From IMG/VR virus record IMGVR_UViG_3300045971_000981: DNA of 64,000 nt. One strand, given 5' to 3'. The stretch is from an uncultured virus (IMG/VR IMGVR_UViG_3300045971_000981) (taxonomy: Duplodnaviria; Heunggongvirae; Uroviricota; Caudoviricetes). The notes under the pieces are model-generated. The model saw nothing but the letters and a program-made list of their open reading frames with translations. It was not told the origin of the DNA and did not search any database. The position numbers were made by a program, and so were the translations under genes. This document shows, piece by piece, positions 18,624-28,494 of this stretch (position 1 is the first letter of the stretch; each line of letters starts with the position of its first letter).

Positions 18624-20159
18624 CTACTGAAACAAACTATTAAAAATCCCGTCATCGTCATCAGCTACAACCTTGTCACGCTGATTCAACTGAGCAATCA
18701 CCCGCAGGGTATTCTCGGTTTCTATGTACCAACCTTGGTAACGAGTGATTTTCCCAGACGTAGACAACAGCGCATCGCCCTTGCCCGCTAGCCGTGCTCC
18801 ATCTTGGTGCTTCTCTGCTTTGGAGCCAGAATAACCCAACGCCAAAGCACTATTTGACCCATTGCTTGTCTTCAGAACAACGCGAGTGTTCAGGTTGGCA
18901 ACAATATCACCACTGAACGATGCCTGGTCTAACCGCTGGGTAGACAAAACGACAGACACCCCGGCGCTGCGACCAACTCGCATGATATGTCCCAGCGAAC
19001 TCGTGATCTCTGAAGCCAGATCGCTGTAATAGCAAAGGTCAGTACCCTCTTCGATGAATAAAACAATCCACGGCAACACAGACCCATTCGGCTTTTTGCG
19101 GTTGAACCCCAGGAAATCTGAGACGTTGTGCTTCTGGAACAGCAGCGCTCGGCTCTCCATCTCTTCGGTCAATGCTGCAAGCTGCCCAAGCGCCATCTCT
19201 GGATTGTGTGCCAAGCCACGGTTCCTAAACATCAGAGACGATGAATTCTTGAAGGGAACCAATTGTTCTCCAGTGTTATTCTTCGTGTCGATCAGAACAA
19301 TACGCAGCCGATCGCGGGAATAGCAGTAAAGCAGGGTCAGTAGGGCGCAAGTCACCTGCATCCCCTTCCCGCTGCCAGTTTCCCCAGCAATCAATACCCG
19401 ATTCAATTCACAGCTCACAGATTTTCCCCGTGAGTTTTCACCCAGAAACATCAGGGGAAAATCACTAGGCTGACGGCATTGCTCTTTTATGGCAGCAAGA
19501 TCTACCTTCTGAAGGGGCAGCGGACTCCAGGCTTGTCGTTCCAATTCCACTTGCAAATAGCCAGGAACCGGAACCAAGCGAATCCTCCGGTTTTCTGACA
19601 GCCGTGCATGGAGAATCAGGTTTGTTTCCAGGGTCTCCTGAGAATTTAGGAGCTTTATCGCATCAACTGTTCGATCGACCGCGAACCGCAGAAAGTGGTG
19701 GCGACTGCCAACTTCCCTGCCAACATAGCTGACCTTGCCCAGCTTCACCAGCATCTCTTCGATCGTCTTCCCTAGCTGTTCGATTTCCTGATCTGAATCC
19801 CCTAGCTCAACAATCTCTGGCAGTGTAGAGCGCTGAGAAACGATCGCGGCTGGGGCAGAAGGGACAATCTGAGACTGGCTAGTAGGGGCGTAGGTGATCT
19901 GGGCTGGGGCGGAAGGAACGATCGCGGATGCTTGTTGGGCGATCCTGCCAGCGGCAAGCGTATGGGCATGGTTAAGGATTCCATGCCACGTAGACCGATC
20001 AGGGATTCTTAATGGCTTTGCCCACTCGCTAATCTCTCTTTGACACGAAAAGCTGTCGATCTCTTTCTGATGGAAACGCACCAATATACTCACCAGATGA
20101 TCTAGTTGCTCGAATGATGATGACTGGGCAGTCAGAGATCGAGTAGCAGAAGCATTCAT
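18624..20159 (-). CDS. FtsK/SpoIIIE-family ATPase (DNA translocase-like)
   Basis: Walker A LIAGETGSGKG, LIDTK, Walker B LFIEE, RVGRSAGVSVVLSTQR, LAGKGDAL. Confidence 0.9.
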   Translation of the reverse strand: MNASATRSLTAQSSSFEQLDHLVSILVRFHQKEIDSFSCQREISEWAKPLRIPDRSTWHGILNHAHTLAAGRIAQQASAIVPSAPAQITYAPTSQSQIVPSAPAAIVSQRSTLPEIVELGDSDQEIEQLGKTIEEMLVKLGKVSYVGREVGSRHHFLRFAVDRTVDAIKLLNSQETLETNLILHARLSENRRIRLVPVPGYLQVELERQAWSPLPLQKVDLAAIKEQCRQPSDFPLMFLGENSRGKSVSCELNRVLIAGETGSGKGMQVTCALLTLLYCYSRDRLRIVLIDTKNNTGEQLVPFKNSSSLMFRNRGLAHNPEMALGQLAALTEEMESRALLFQKHNVSDFLGFNRKKPNGSVLPWIVLFIEEGTDLCYYSDLASEITSSLGHIMRVGRSAGVSVVLSTQRLDQASFSGDIVANLNTRVVLKTSNGSNSALALGYSGSKAEKHQDGARLAGKGDALLSTSGKITRYQGWYIETENTLRVIAQLNQRDKVVADDDDGIFNSLFQ

Positions 20160-20169
20160 AAAACGTCAC

Positions 20170-20781
20170 CTAGATTACCAAGGCTAACAAATACCCCAGG
20201 ATGGGCAGTAATATTTGAAATCGCTGCCGCGTAATTGTCGTGCGAGAACTGTTGTCAGTCCAGACGATAAACACTCCGATCGCGAAGGCGATCGTGACCC
20301 AGACTAATGGAGTCATCAGAAACCATGCCACAAGGTTCCCTAGATACCATCCGACGGAAGTTTTCTGTAATGCCAACGGATTCGTAGCCCAGAATTTGCA
20401 GCCCGATTTCAACCCTTGGACAATAATGAATGACGGACAAGCCCAGCCCATGCCAGTCAGCAGCAAGCTCCAGTAGCTTTCCTCCCCGGTAGCACGAGGC
20501 GATGGTGTTTTCGTAGCAGCAGGTGCTGGTGAGGGTGTTTGCTGAGCAGGCTGCTGATTAGGTTTTGCAGCCGCAGCCGCAGGCGTTGCAGGTTGCCTCG
20601 TGGGTTTAGGCGCATTTGCTTGACGTGGAGGAACAGCCGACGATCGCGGCATAGTCGCAGCCGGGATCTCGATCGTCGGCCCAGTTGCCTGAGCTGACGA
20701 ACTCGACTGCCCCTGTTGAAGAAGCTGCTCGTACACCTGAAGATCCTCTGGGCTGATAGGAATGGAATTAATTGGTCTCAC
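20170..20781 (-). CDS. Membrane protein with Pro/Ala/Gln-rich N-terminus
   Basis: C-terminal hydrophobic helices; operon-coupled. Confidence 0.65.
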   Translation of the reverse strand: MRPINSIPISPEDLQVYEQLLQQGQSSSSAQATGPTIEIPAATMPRSSAVPPRQANAPKPTRQPATPAAAAAKPNQQPAQQTPSPAPAATKTPSPRATGEESYWSLLLTGMGWACPSFIIVQGLKSGCKFWATNPLALQKTSVGWYLGNLVAWFLMTPLVWVTIAFAIGVFIVWTDNSSRTTITRQRFQILLPILGYLLALVI

Positions 20782-21937
20782 ATGGACCTCCTGCTTTTAA
20801 GAGTGACTGCTTATTGAATTCCAATGCTGTCCGAATAGCGATCGTCCTTCGTTCCTGATCCCTGTAAACTGCGCTCATGCTATTTCCCAATCCAGGGGCA
20901 TTTAACCGTCCCGACCCATTGATATAAGATTTAGCCCTAGCATCAACGATCGCGGCGATTCCAGTCAATCCTTTTACCTTCGCCTGCTTCAGCCGATCCA
21001 TATAAGCAGCACCATCACCGGACAATGCTGCTAAAGGAGCCTGATTCGCCAAGTCAGCACCGTTGAGGATTTCTTCGACCGACAACTTTAGTCCAGCCCT
21101 CACAGACCTTTCCTCCAATTCAACTGCCTGACGGAACAGGCGCTTCATTTGCCTACGATCGGCTTCTTCAGGAGAGCTTGCACCATGCTGCCAGGAAAAA
21201 CTTCCCAAATTCCAAACACCATTACCAGGATCGACGTGACCGTGATAGGCAGGGTTCTTGCCGCCATCCGGTCTCCGAGTACCTTCAGCGCCTCCAATAG
21301 CGATCGGCGCTACCCAGAACAGATTTCTAAGGGTCAAGCACGTAGATGATTTCCCCTGACTGCTCTTGGCTGGGGACTTTTTTGCGGAAGGCTTGCTGCC
21401 AACCCCCTTGCTAGTAGGGGAAGGCTTTGCCGATGGCTGCGGAGAGCTTTCAGCAACCGACATTTTCGGCATACTTTTCGTGAACGCAGGATAGACCAAC
21501 CAGACAACCATCCCGATCGCGATCGCGGACAAGAATGCAGCACCGAGCGTCCCCAGATAATTACGCCCATTTTTCATGGGCTGCGGGTGAATGGCTGTCG
21601 GGTAGACAACATCTGTCTGCGGCTCTTGATAAAAATCTGGGTAGCAGGGCTGCTCGTAAACAACTGTCTGATGAGCGGGCGGGCTGTAAGCAACTGCTGG
21701 ATAGCTAGCCGCAGGCAGGGCTGGGTAGCTAGGAGCCGCAGGCAGGGCAAGCTGTGACGGTTGTTGGAGCACGTAGCCCAGCGGTGTGATGCCGCGCTGC
21801 AATGACGCAGCGATCGCTGCTTGGTGCATCTGCCCGACAGAGGCGAATGCTTGCAGGAAATTCACATCATCGCCCTCGTACTCGATCTCACGCATCCCTA
21901 GGGAGTGGTCAAGACCAGTGATTTTGAGTTTAGCCAT
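20768..21937 (-). CDS. Single-pass membrane protein with C-terminal lysozyme-like domain
   Basis: One TM, S/P/K linker, AIGGAEGT...YHGHVDPGNG..NLGSFSWQH domain recalled from cyanobacterial proteins; muramidase role is inference. Confidence 0.5.
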   Translation of the reverse strand: MAKLKITGLDHSLGMREIEYEGDDVNFLQAFASVGQMHQAAIAASLQRGITPLGYVLQQPSQLALPAAPSYPALPAASYPAVAYSPPAHQTVVYEQPCYPDFYQEPQTDVVYPTAIHPQPMKNGRNYLGTLGAAFLSAIAIGMVVWLVYPAFTKSMPKMSVAESSPQPSAKPSPTSKGVGSKPSAKKSPAKSSQGKSSTCLTLRNLFWVAPIAIGGAEGTRRPDGGKNPAYHGHVDPGNGVWNLGSFSWQHGASSPEEADRRQMKRLFRQAVELEERSVRAGLKLSVEEILNGADLANQAPLAALSGDGAAYMDRLKQAKVKGLTGIAAIVDARAKSYINGSGRLNAPGLGNSMSAVYRDQERRTIAIRTALEFNKQSLLKAGGPCETN

Positions 21938-22619
21938 TGTCCCTCCACGGATCGTCGTCGGCAGTCACACCCCCAAGATTAAATGCGATCGGCTGGGGTT
22001 CTGCTTGCGCCCCAATTTCCTGGAACAGACCGTCCAGGTTCAAATCGCCTAGATTCAAATCAAATTCAGCCTCACCTGTTGACACCGACTGCTGCGCGGG
22101 CGCTTGCTGAGAAGGTGTTACTGTAGCAGGGCTAGCCATCGGCAACACCCTCCTTCTTGGCGTTTCCTGTACTGGATTTTGCAAGGCGGCAATAAGGATC
22201 GCTGTATGTTGGTACAACGCATTGAACTCGTCTGTCCCAACATCTACCGTCATCATGTGTTCGGCAGTGCGAAGCGCAACGGCTTGTGTCACCTGCTGGG
22301 TTTCAGGAAAAGTAAGTCGCTCTCTACGTCCAGCCGAACGCACAACAAAGCGATCTGCTACAGCCCCCAACGCTGGCATCCCAAAGATAGCGATGCCCCA
22401 CGCCCAGCCATTAGGCTTAGCTGTTTTCATGGAAGGAATCAGGTCTGCTCCAATGTGGAAGCAACCCGCAACCACGACCCCCAGCGCCCAGAACACACAT
22501 GGAATCTTGAAGCGATCGGGCTTAGGAAATTCAAAGCCGATTTGCACCTCATCAGAAGACATGACTTCTGGGTTGATGGCGCGATCGTCTGATTGGTGGT
22601 GGAGTCCGTATCCTTCCAT
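21930..22619 (-). CDS. Two-TM membrane protein
   Basis: ORF with two hydrophobic helices. Confidence 0.6.
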   Translation of the reverse strand: MEGYGLHHQSDDRAINPEVMSSDEVQIGFEFPKPDRFKIPCVFWALGVVVAGCFHIGADLIPSMKTAKPNGWAWGIAIFGMPALGAVADRFVVRSAGRRERLTFPETQQVTQAVALRTAEHMMTVDVGTDEFNALYQHTAILIAALQNPVQETPRRRVLPMASPATVTPSQQAPAQQSVSTGEAEFDLNLGDLNLDGLFQEIGAQAEPQPIAFNLGGVTADDDPWRDNG

Positions 22620-22641
22620 GATTTAATCCCTAGCGAGGAGG

Positions 22642-23217
22642 TTATTTAGCGGATGGGAGCAGTCCTCCAACCCCATTGGGTAGGAGTCTAGCCAGCAATT
22701 TAGATCCGCCAAGTGAGCGGCTACCAGAAATCACCCTAGCCGTAGTCGCTCTACAAGCGGAAAGCGTTTCATCAAGGTCCGTATATCCAGTACCACCTGC
22801 GGCACCACTTACGATGCCAGCGAATGTCAATTCTTGGGCAACCAAAACCAACGTGGCATCTTCAGCGGCAACACGGTTCGCCGCGCTCATGGCGTTAGAA
22901 ACTCTGGCAAGCCTGTTTTCAATCTGCGCTTCAGATCCCATTTCGATTAAACCAAGGGCATCACCAAGAGAGTCTGGGGTAAAACCACCTGCCTGTTGCT
23001 GACCGGGACTAGCTGTATTTTCAGTCGTTACCCGACTTTGTTGCAGATACTGCGCGATCGTCAGATTAGCCGCCTTTGCTTCTTGGACAACTCGCGCTAC
23101 TTCAGCCTTCCGGGATTCGGGAACTTGAGCATCCCTGTCGATCCCAAGGATTGCTCTTACTTCTGCTGCGGTGATCTTGAAATCAGCCGCGATTTGAGAG
23201 TCAGTTGTCATTGTCAT
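22642..23217 (-). CDS. Hypothetical helical protein
   Basis: ORF overlapping the upstream gene. Confidence 0.6.
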   Translation of the reverse strand: MTMTTDSQIAADFKITAAEVRAILGIDRDAQVPESRKAEVARVVQEAKAANLTIAQYLQQSRVTTENTASPGQQQAGGFTPDSLGDALGLIEMGSEAQIENRLARVSNAMSAANRVAAEDATLVLVAQELTFAGIVSGAAGGTGYTDLDETLSACRATTARVISGSRSLGGSKLLARLLPNGVGGLLPSAK

Positions 23218-23587
23218 AGTAGGTAGCTTCCTTGAGCAGATTGATTATTTCGTCCTTGTAGAGTGAGCCTATGCTGACCCGCTCTAACTCTGCGCGTAAT
23301 CTGGGGGAGATCACCAACGATCGTTCATCAACTTTCCTGGCATCTAACTGCTTCCAGTTCTCCATAGAGTTAGCAGGGTTACGCCCTCTACCACCACTTT
23401 GGCGATACAGGCGCAGCAGATAAAACCTGACCAGGTTCCTGGGGTTTGGCTGCTCCCCTGTCATATCCAAGAGTCTGCGATAGTCTTTCCCGGTTGTTGA
23501 AGAGATGCGAAGTGATTTTTCGATCTCGCCCCAACTAGGATTGTGCCTGACGATCTGGCAGTCGATCGTCGCAGTTGCTGTTGCCAT
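23201..23587 (-). CDS. Hypothetical, possible HTH protein leading the FtsK operon
   Basis: RBS GGAGG before ATG 23587; SWGEIEKSLRISSTT HTH-like. Confidence 0.5.
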   Translation of the reverse strand: MATATATIDCQIVRHNPSWGEIEKSLRISSTTGKDYRRLLDMTGEQPNPRNLVRFYLLRLYRQSGGRGRNPANSMENWKQLDARKVDERSLVISPRLRAELERVSIGSLYKDEIINLLKEATYYDNDN

Positions 23588-23783
23588 ATCCTCCCCCAAC
23601 TTAGAATTTCTGGCTAACGGTTACTATTGGTTGCCCAGGTAAGAATTAGTCGGGCTTGGTAACTTACTAGTAAGGTTAGACTATATACTCTAAAGCCGCA
23701 AGTTATTTTGTGGACATTTGTGAACAAAGTTCCGCTCTAATCAGAGATTATAAATTAAACTCTGAGAACATGGAGGTGGCTAA

Positions 23784-24080
23784 ATGGTGACGGTGATGTA
23801 CGTGATCCCAGAATGGCGACTTTTTGAGGTGCAACGGCTACTCGAAGAGAATGGGCTTGACTCTTCATTGCTAGAAGTAAGTAAGCGATCCAACATCAAA
23901 TACGGAACTTTAAGGAAATATAATTGCGGCGATCGAAAACCTAGCGATCAGAGCAAAAGAAAAATGGCTAATCTCTATGAGATGCTTAAACAGCAGTTTA
24001 TAAAGGGAGACCTGTATGGATCAGACGGAGACGATCGAATTGACATCGAAACAATCACAGGCAGTTGCTCGACTGGCTAG
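23784..24080 (+). CDS. Small HTH-like regulator (divergent)
   Basis: RBS GGAGG; LLEVSKRSNIKYGTLRKYNCGDRKPS XRE-like. Confidence 0.5.
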   Translation: MVTVMYVIPEWRLFEVQRLLEENGLDSSLLEVSKRSNIKYGTLRKYNCGDRKPSDQSKRKMANLYEMLKQQFIKGDLYGSDGDDRIDIETITGSCSTG

Positions 24081-24225
24081 ATCTCTTGAGCTATCGACTG
24101 AAGAAGTCAAGAAGGTCATTATCATAGAGGGGATCGCATCCCTGTTTGAGACAGCCAATAAAACAACAGTTGGCGTGACCCTCAGCAAAAAAGGCGAGAC
24201 GGCTGAACCCATTATTGATGACTAG
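24016..24225 (+). CDS. Small hypothetical/regulatory protein
   Basis: RBS GGAG; 69 aa. Confidence 0.45.
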   Translation: MDQTETIELTSKQSQAVARLARSLELSTEEVKKVIIIEGIASLFETANKTTVGVTLSKKGETAEPIIDD

Positions 24226-24568
24226 CCGTATCATCGTTTTCAGCCAGCGCATCGCTGGCTCCCTCAATCCCCCACCCTAATTCCTGAAGCTCAGATGCGC
24301 AGACCTCCAGAGTCTGGACGATCGTTGCTATCCGTCGAGCCTGACAACTCAAGCGAACCTGCCTAGCTACCTCGTGCCAATTTCCCTTTTTGACGTAGGT
24401 GCGTTTGCGGGAGCCGCGTTGATAGAGATGGTATTGTCGCTTGTTCTTGCCATTAAAACTAGCATGGAGCGATAAGCCAGGGTCGGCACCACTGGCAAGT
24501 AGCGACGTTAACTTATCGTTCAGTATTTGCAAATCCGACTTCAATCCATCACCAAGCATTACTTCCAA
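24212..24568 (-). CDS. Hypothetical protein
   Basis: ORF overlapping the AlkB stop. Confidence 0.5.
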   Translation of the reverse strand: MEVMLGDGLKSDLQILNDKLTSLLASGADPGLSLHASFNGKNKRQYHLYQRGSRKRTYVKKGNWHEVARQVRLSCQARRIATIVQTLEVCASELQELGWGIEGASDALAENDDTASHQ

Positions 24569-25581
24569 GCCTGCCTTAAACTTATCGACAACCTAACCTG
24601 ATGCTTCATGTCCAGACGTGCGGGCATTGTCCCCGGCAGAATCCCCATTACGCCGTGATATGCATGGCGGGACTCACCAGACAATACCCATAAGTCCCCT
24701 GATTTCATCTCAAAATCACCCCAGCCGTCAACAGGCTTATTCTTGTCCACTGTCGAACCAACACGACATTTGGCGGACAGACCAAGGGCGATCGTAATCA
24801 CAGGCGACTGACTCTCTAGGAAGTCAGGATGTTCACTGCGATCCTGATGCAGCCCAAGTTTAGCGGTCTCACTGTATTGATTAACGATCGCCGTGAAGCT
24901 GTCAAAATTCTTCTCAATAAAATCAGGGTGGTCAACCCCTGCGGCTTCCAGTGCTTTTCGTGCCAGGAAAAACAGCCGCATTGAAAACTGACCATTGTTT
25001 TGGAGATAGCGATACGGCTCCCACTCCCAACCCAGGCAAGCCACCCGCACACTCATGGGTTGCCCGTTAGCAGCCATGCTCTGGAACCGTCCCCGGCACC
25101 CTTCCCGCAAGAATTCCAGCAGATCGTTCTGATCCGTCAAGGACAGGAAATCAGGCACGAAGATTGCTCCGGGTCTCACTTCTTGGGTGACCCGCTGGGT
25201 TGGGGCAAATTCTTCTAGGAGACTGAGCTGCTGTACTGGCATCTCTGGAATGAGTTCGGTTACTTCCTCATTCTCGCTTAGGGCGATCGTTTCTGGCAAA
25301 CTTTCCACGATCTTGTCCACGATTTCTTCGAGCATGTTCAAGTCGCAGCGATCTAGATGATAGGGTCGATAACGGTAATCGCCTGCAACTCTTGCGGGCA
25401 TCCTAATCAAATCATAAGGATTGATGTTATCCCATGCGATGTCCACGATCTCGCTGGTAACCATCTCAGCCACGACACCCTGAGAGAGGACAAGCGGAAT
25501 CCAATCTTTCCCAGTCTTCTTGGAGAAGGCAGAGTGATGCGGTTTTTTCAGCTTAACTTTTGAGCCAACTGCGATCGGCAT
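24559..25581 (-). CDS. alkB: AlkB-family 2OG-Fe(II) dioxygenase with N-terminal extension
   Basis: IVNQY..LGLHQD..E...VITIALG...SGDLWVLSGESRHAYHGV...RLSISLRQ. Confidence 0.85.
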   Translation of the reverse strand: MPIAVGSKVKLKKPHHSAFSKKTGKDWIPLVLSQGVVAEMVTSEIVDIAWDNINPYDLIRMPARVAGDYRYRPYHLDRCDLNMLEEIVDKIVESLPETIALSENEEVTELIPEMPVQQLSLLEEFAPTQRVTQEVRPGAIFVPDFLSLTDQNDLLEFLREGCRGRFQSMAANGQPMSVRVACLGWEWEPYRYLQNNGQFSMRLFFLARKALEAAGVDHPDFIEKNFDSFTAIVNQYSETAKLGLHQDRSEHPDFLESQSPVITIALGLSAKCRVGSTVDKNKPVDGWGDFEMKSGDLWVLSGESRHAYHGVMGILPGTMPARLDMKHQVRLSISLRQAWK

Positions 25582-25603
25582 AGTTTAATCCTACTAATGG
25601 TTG

Positions 25604-25804
25604 CTAATACTTGCCTGGGCAATCCCTAGCAACCATTAGCCGCTTTTCTTCGATCGATATTGCAGATAGTCTGTGCAGGCAGATGATCTTTTCTTTATGA
25701 CTCATCTTTATCGCCAAAAAATCACTCAGAGTATCCACTACTCTGCCTTCCCAAATCCCGTTTCTAGAAGCGACACGATCTCCGATCTTATATTTTCTTG
25801 CCAT
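25604..25804 (-). CDS. Small hypothetical protein
   Basis: 66-aa ORF. Confidence 0.4.
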   Translation of the reverse strand: MARKYKIGDRVASRNGIWEGRVVDTLSDFLAIKMSHKEKIICLHRLSAISIEEKRLMVARDCPGKY

Positions 25805-25902
25805 ACACTGGTTAATAGTTGCTAATAGTTGCTAATGATTGCCTGGGCAGGAATAAGCAATTATTAGCAACTATTCCTGCTTCAAGCATTCGTTCTGCTT
25901 CT

Positions 25903-26178
25903 CTAGTAGTCATGCGGCTCATTCATCATTTTCATAAGATCCCGAAGCGCTGGGTAAAATTCCCTGAATTTATTTAGCGCCACGCAATACTGATCGTGCG
26001 CCATTTTGTAATCAGCAATCAGCCAGGACGCAAGCTGTCGGTTAACACCCTCATGGAAAACAGCGCGTTCCCATGTGCCATCTTCGTATGGGCACGGCAC
26101 CTTAAGATCCCTAGTAAGATCTACTGCTTGTTGCCCTTCAGTCAGTACTCGCTCAATATCCTTCGCGTTGATTGTCAT
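25903..26178 (-). CDS. Hypothetical protein
   Basis: ORF, ATGA-coupled. Confidence 0.55.
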   Translation of the reverse strand: MTINAKDIERVLTEGQQAVDLTRDLKVPCPYEDGTWERAVFHEGVNRQLASWLIADYKMAHDQYCVALNKFREFYPALRDLMKMMNEPHDY

Positions 26179-26678
26179 AAATCCCGCCTCCTTCGTTTTG
26201 ATTTGAATTCGCTAACCAGCATATCCGCGATCGTATGACTCATCGCCCCTGCTTCCAAACCGACCAATGCCGTGAACCAGATATATGGATGATCCAGCAC
26301 CGCTTGCATCCAGATTTCAAGCAAGTGAGAAAGCTCTGGCACCCAAAGTACCAGGGCGATCGCCGGGATTGACAGCCACGCCAGCAGGTAGCACAGCCGG
26401 ATTGCCGTGCCCGCCACAAAGCCATGCGTCCAAAAAGCCCGATGGCTGGTAGCCTTCTGATACGGGAGCCAGATCCATCGCAACATTGCCCATCGGCGAT
26501 ATTGGATAGATTTGAGATCCAGGTCTGGACCAAACATTAATCCGGCAAACATGTAGTTTGCAACAAAAATAGGCGTGATTTCGTGGTGTTGAGTTAGGTA
26601 GCCAACATAGAGGGATGGCGGGGTTAGTAAACCAGCGGTGATATAGGTGATGCGATCGTGCGTTCTTCCTGATGGCAC
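26175..26678 (-). CDS. DUF2227-family metal-binding membrane protein
   Basis: MPSGRTHDRIT...GLMFGPDLD..S.QY.RW..LRWIWLPYQ..HR..THG...GAMSH..AD. Confidence 0.85.
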   Translation of the reverse strand: MPSGRTHDRITYITAGLLTPPSLYVGYLTQHHEITPIFVANYMFAGLMFGPDLDLKSIQYRRWAMLRWIWLPYQKATSHRAFWTHGFVAGTAIRLCYLLAWLSIPAIALVLWVPELSHLLEIWMQAVLDHPYIWFTALVGLEAGAMSHTIADMLVSEFKSKRRRRDL

Positions 26679-27251
26679 TTAGTTTTCCTCCGACAAAAAG
26701 GCAAATTCGTATCTGTAGACAGTGACGATCGGGTTGTTTTCAAACCGTTTCCCTGGTTCAGGATGCAAGGAATTCCACAGTTTCTCATAGACTTCTCTGG
26801 GAGTTTTAGCGACGATCGTCTCGCCCTTTCCGTCCCCAATAACAAACAGTTCACCCCAAGGCTGAATACCTTCAGCAAGCGCATCTTCATCCGTGATTTC
26901 CTGCAAATGCTGGGTTCGCACAGCGTCGATCTTCACAGCATGGCGGGCAAAATCCATGAGCATGAACCGATGATTAACTGGGCTGAACTTGTCTACCCGC
27001 TTATCAATCCGCTTTCGTGATTCTTTCGATATGGGCTTCCAGTACTCAATTAGCGGCTCGTCGAGATAGCGAACTCGCACAGTAGATCCCCGATCGTCAA
27101 GAATCTGAGTTGGCTCAGAATGGGCGACCAGATCGCCGACACTATGGCGCTGCTTTTCACCGTAGCGTCGGGTCTGAGTTTTTAGCCCCAGACGGTTCAG
27201 TCTGCGATTTTCGTCCGTGAATTCAATCCGACCCTTTAACTGCTGCGTCAT
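26679..27251 (-). CDS. ASCH-domain phage protein
   Basis: KTQTRR...RFM...VRTQHLQEITDEDALAEG...LWNS...NPIVTVY. Confidence 0.75.
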   Translation of the reverse strand: MTQQLKGRIEFTDENRRLNRLGLKTQTRRYGEKQRHSVGDLVAHSEPTQILDDRGSTVRVRYLDEPLIEYWKPISKESRKRIDKRVDKFSPVNHRFMLMDFARHAVKIDAVRTQHLQEITDEDALAEGIQPWGELFVIGDGKGETIVAKTPREVYEKLWNSLHPEPGKRFENNPIVTVYRYEFAFLSEEN

Positions 27252-28494
27252 TCCCTTTCCACCTCAAACAAACAACCTCCTCTCTTAACGCCACCCCCGT
27301 CACCGTCGCTTGACGCTGCCGAAACAGGTCAATGCCAGTCACTTCGTAACCCAGCGTTTCCGCAATCTCCGCTAGAATCTCACCCGTTTTGATGTGGACT
27401 TGCAAGAACGATGCTTGATCACCCACGACGTATGCTAATTGCGCCCCAGGTTTCAGACATGGGCGGAGTTCTTCCATGTGAATCGCCATACCCCCAAAGT
27501 AGTTCCGTACAACGTCTGCATACTTCCTAGAGAAGCCATCTTTCGACTTTCTTGCCAGCCTTTCAGCCGCGATCGCCTCTGCGATTTCCTGAACCGACCG
27601 AATATTTGCGACAGCATCACAATCACGATCGCCGATCAGGATCCCCTTTGAGTTCGATCGCAGAAGGTCGTGCTTAACTTCTTTCAAGTCTTCCTTGTTG
27701 GTCAAGTAGCCCAGGAAAACTGACTCCAGCCGAGTAGACCGGGTGTAGTCTTTCTCGTTGGGGTAGGGCGGGGATGTGATCACAGCGTCGATGCTATCGT
27801 GTTCGATATGCGCTGCTGGGTTTCTGGCATCACCCTTGTGGACGATCGCCTCTACGTTTTTGCGGTGGGCAAATTGTGCCAGGTCAGCAGCGATCGTCGC
27901 CACCTCCTGCTCCCAAACCTCAAACACCGGAAAGTCGTCTTTGATTTCGCCCAGCCCCACTTCAGGGGAGAATTTCAAGTTACTGGCTTGCACCAGCGTT
28001 TTGGTCAGTGCTAGCAGGTAGTGCTTCCGGTAGGGCAAGCATAGACTGTCGTTCATGATGCGCCAGCGGAGTTGCTGACATTTCCTCAAGGGACGATCGC
28101 TGACGCACAACTGCTTGCTAACGAGCAGTTCGACCTGATCCTCATTGAAATCTAGATAAGGACCAGCGCTAGCATAACCCAGAACTTGTTGGGAGTAAGT
28201 CAGAAAAGAGTCGGGGTCCATGTCCCAGTCTTTCTTCGTGGATGCCGCGAACTGCGCCACTGGGTTAGCCTCAATCCCGCCGCTTCTGATCCCCCGCTTT
28301 TTGCACTCAACAACGGTCGTGCCTGTGCCCGTAAATGGGTCAAGAACGAAGTGAGAGTCATTAATCCCAAATTTGTCCAGATAATCTCGCACCAGATGGG
28401 GCGGGAATGATAGCACGAACCGATACCAGTCGTGAACCGGGCTGTCCAACTTCCTGACTCGATTGATTGCTGGGTCTAACAATGAAGTGGTCAT
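27223..28494 (-). CDS. DNA amino-methyltransferase (SPPY, probably N4-cytosine, alpha-type motif order)
   Basis: Motif I DPFTGTGTT precedes motif IV ITSPPY; ATG at 28494 with GGAGG. Confidence 0.85.
   Translation of the reverse strand: MTTSLLDPAINRVRKLDSPVHDWYRFVLSFPPHLVRDYLDKFGINDSHFVLDPFTGTGTTVVECKKRGIRSGGIEANPVAQFAASTKKDWDMDPDSFLTYSQQVLGYASAGPYLDFNEDQVELLVSKQLCVSDRPLRKCQQLRWRIMNDSLCLPYRKHYLLALTKTLVQASNLKFSPEVGLGEIKDDFPVFEVWEQEVATIAADLAQFAHRKNVEAIVHKGDARNPAAHIEHDSIDAVITSPPYPNEKDYTRSTRLESVFLGYLTNKEDLKEVKHDLLRSNSKGILIGDRDCDAVANIRSVQEIAEAIAAERLARKSKDGFSRKYADVVRNYFGGMAIHMEELRPCLKPGAQLAYVVGDQASFLQVHIKTGEILAEIAETLGYEVTGIDLFRQRQATVTGVALREEVVCLRWKGNDAAVKGSD

Noticed and set aside
17978..23587. Canonical type IV conjugation system
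   Set aside because: No relaxase or VirB4/VirB-like genes recognised
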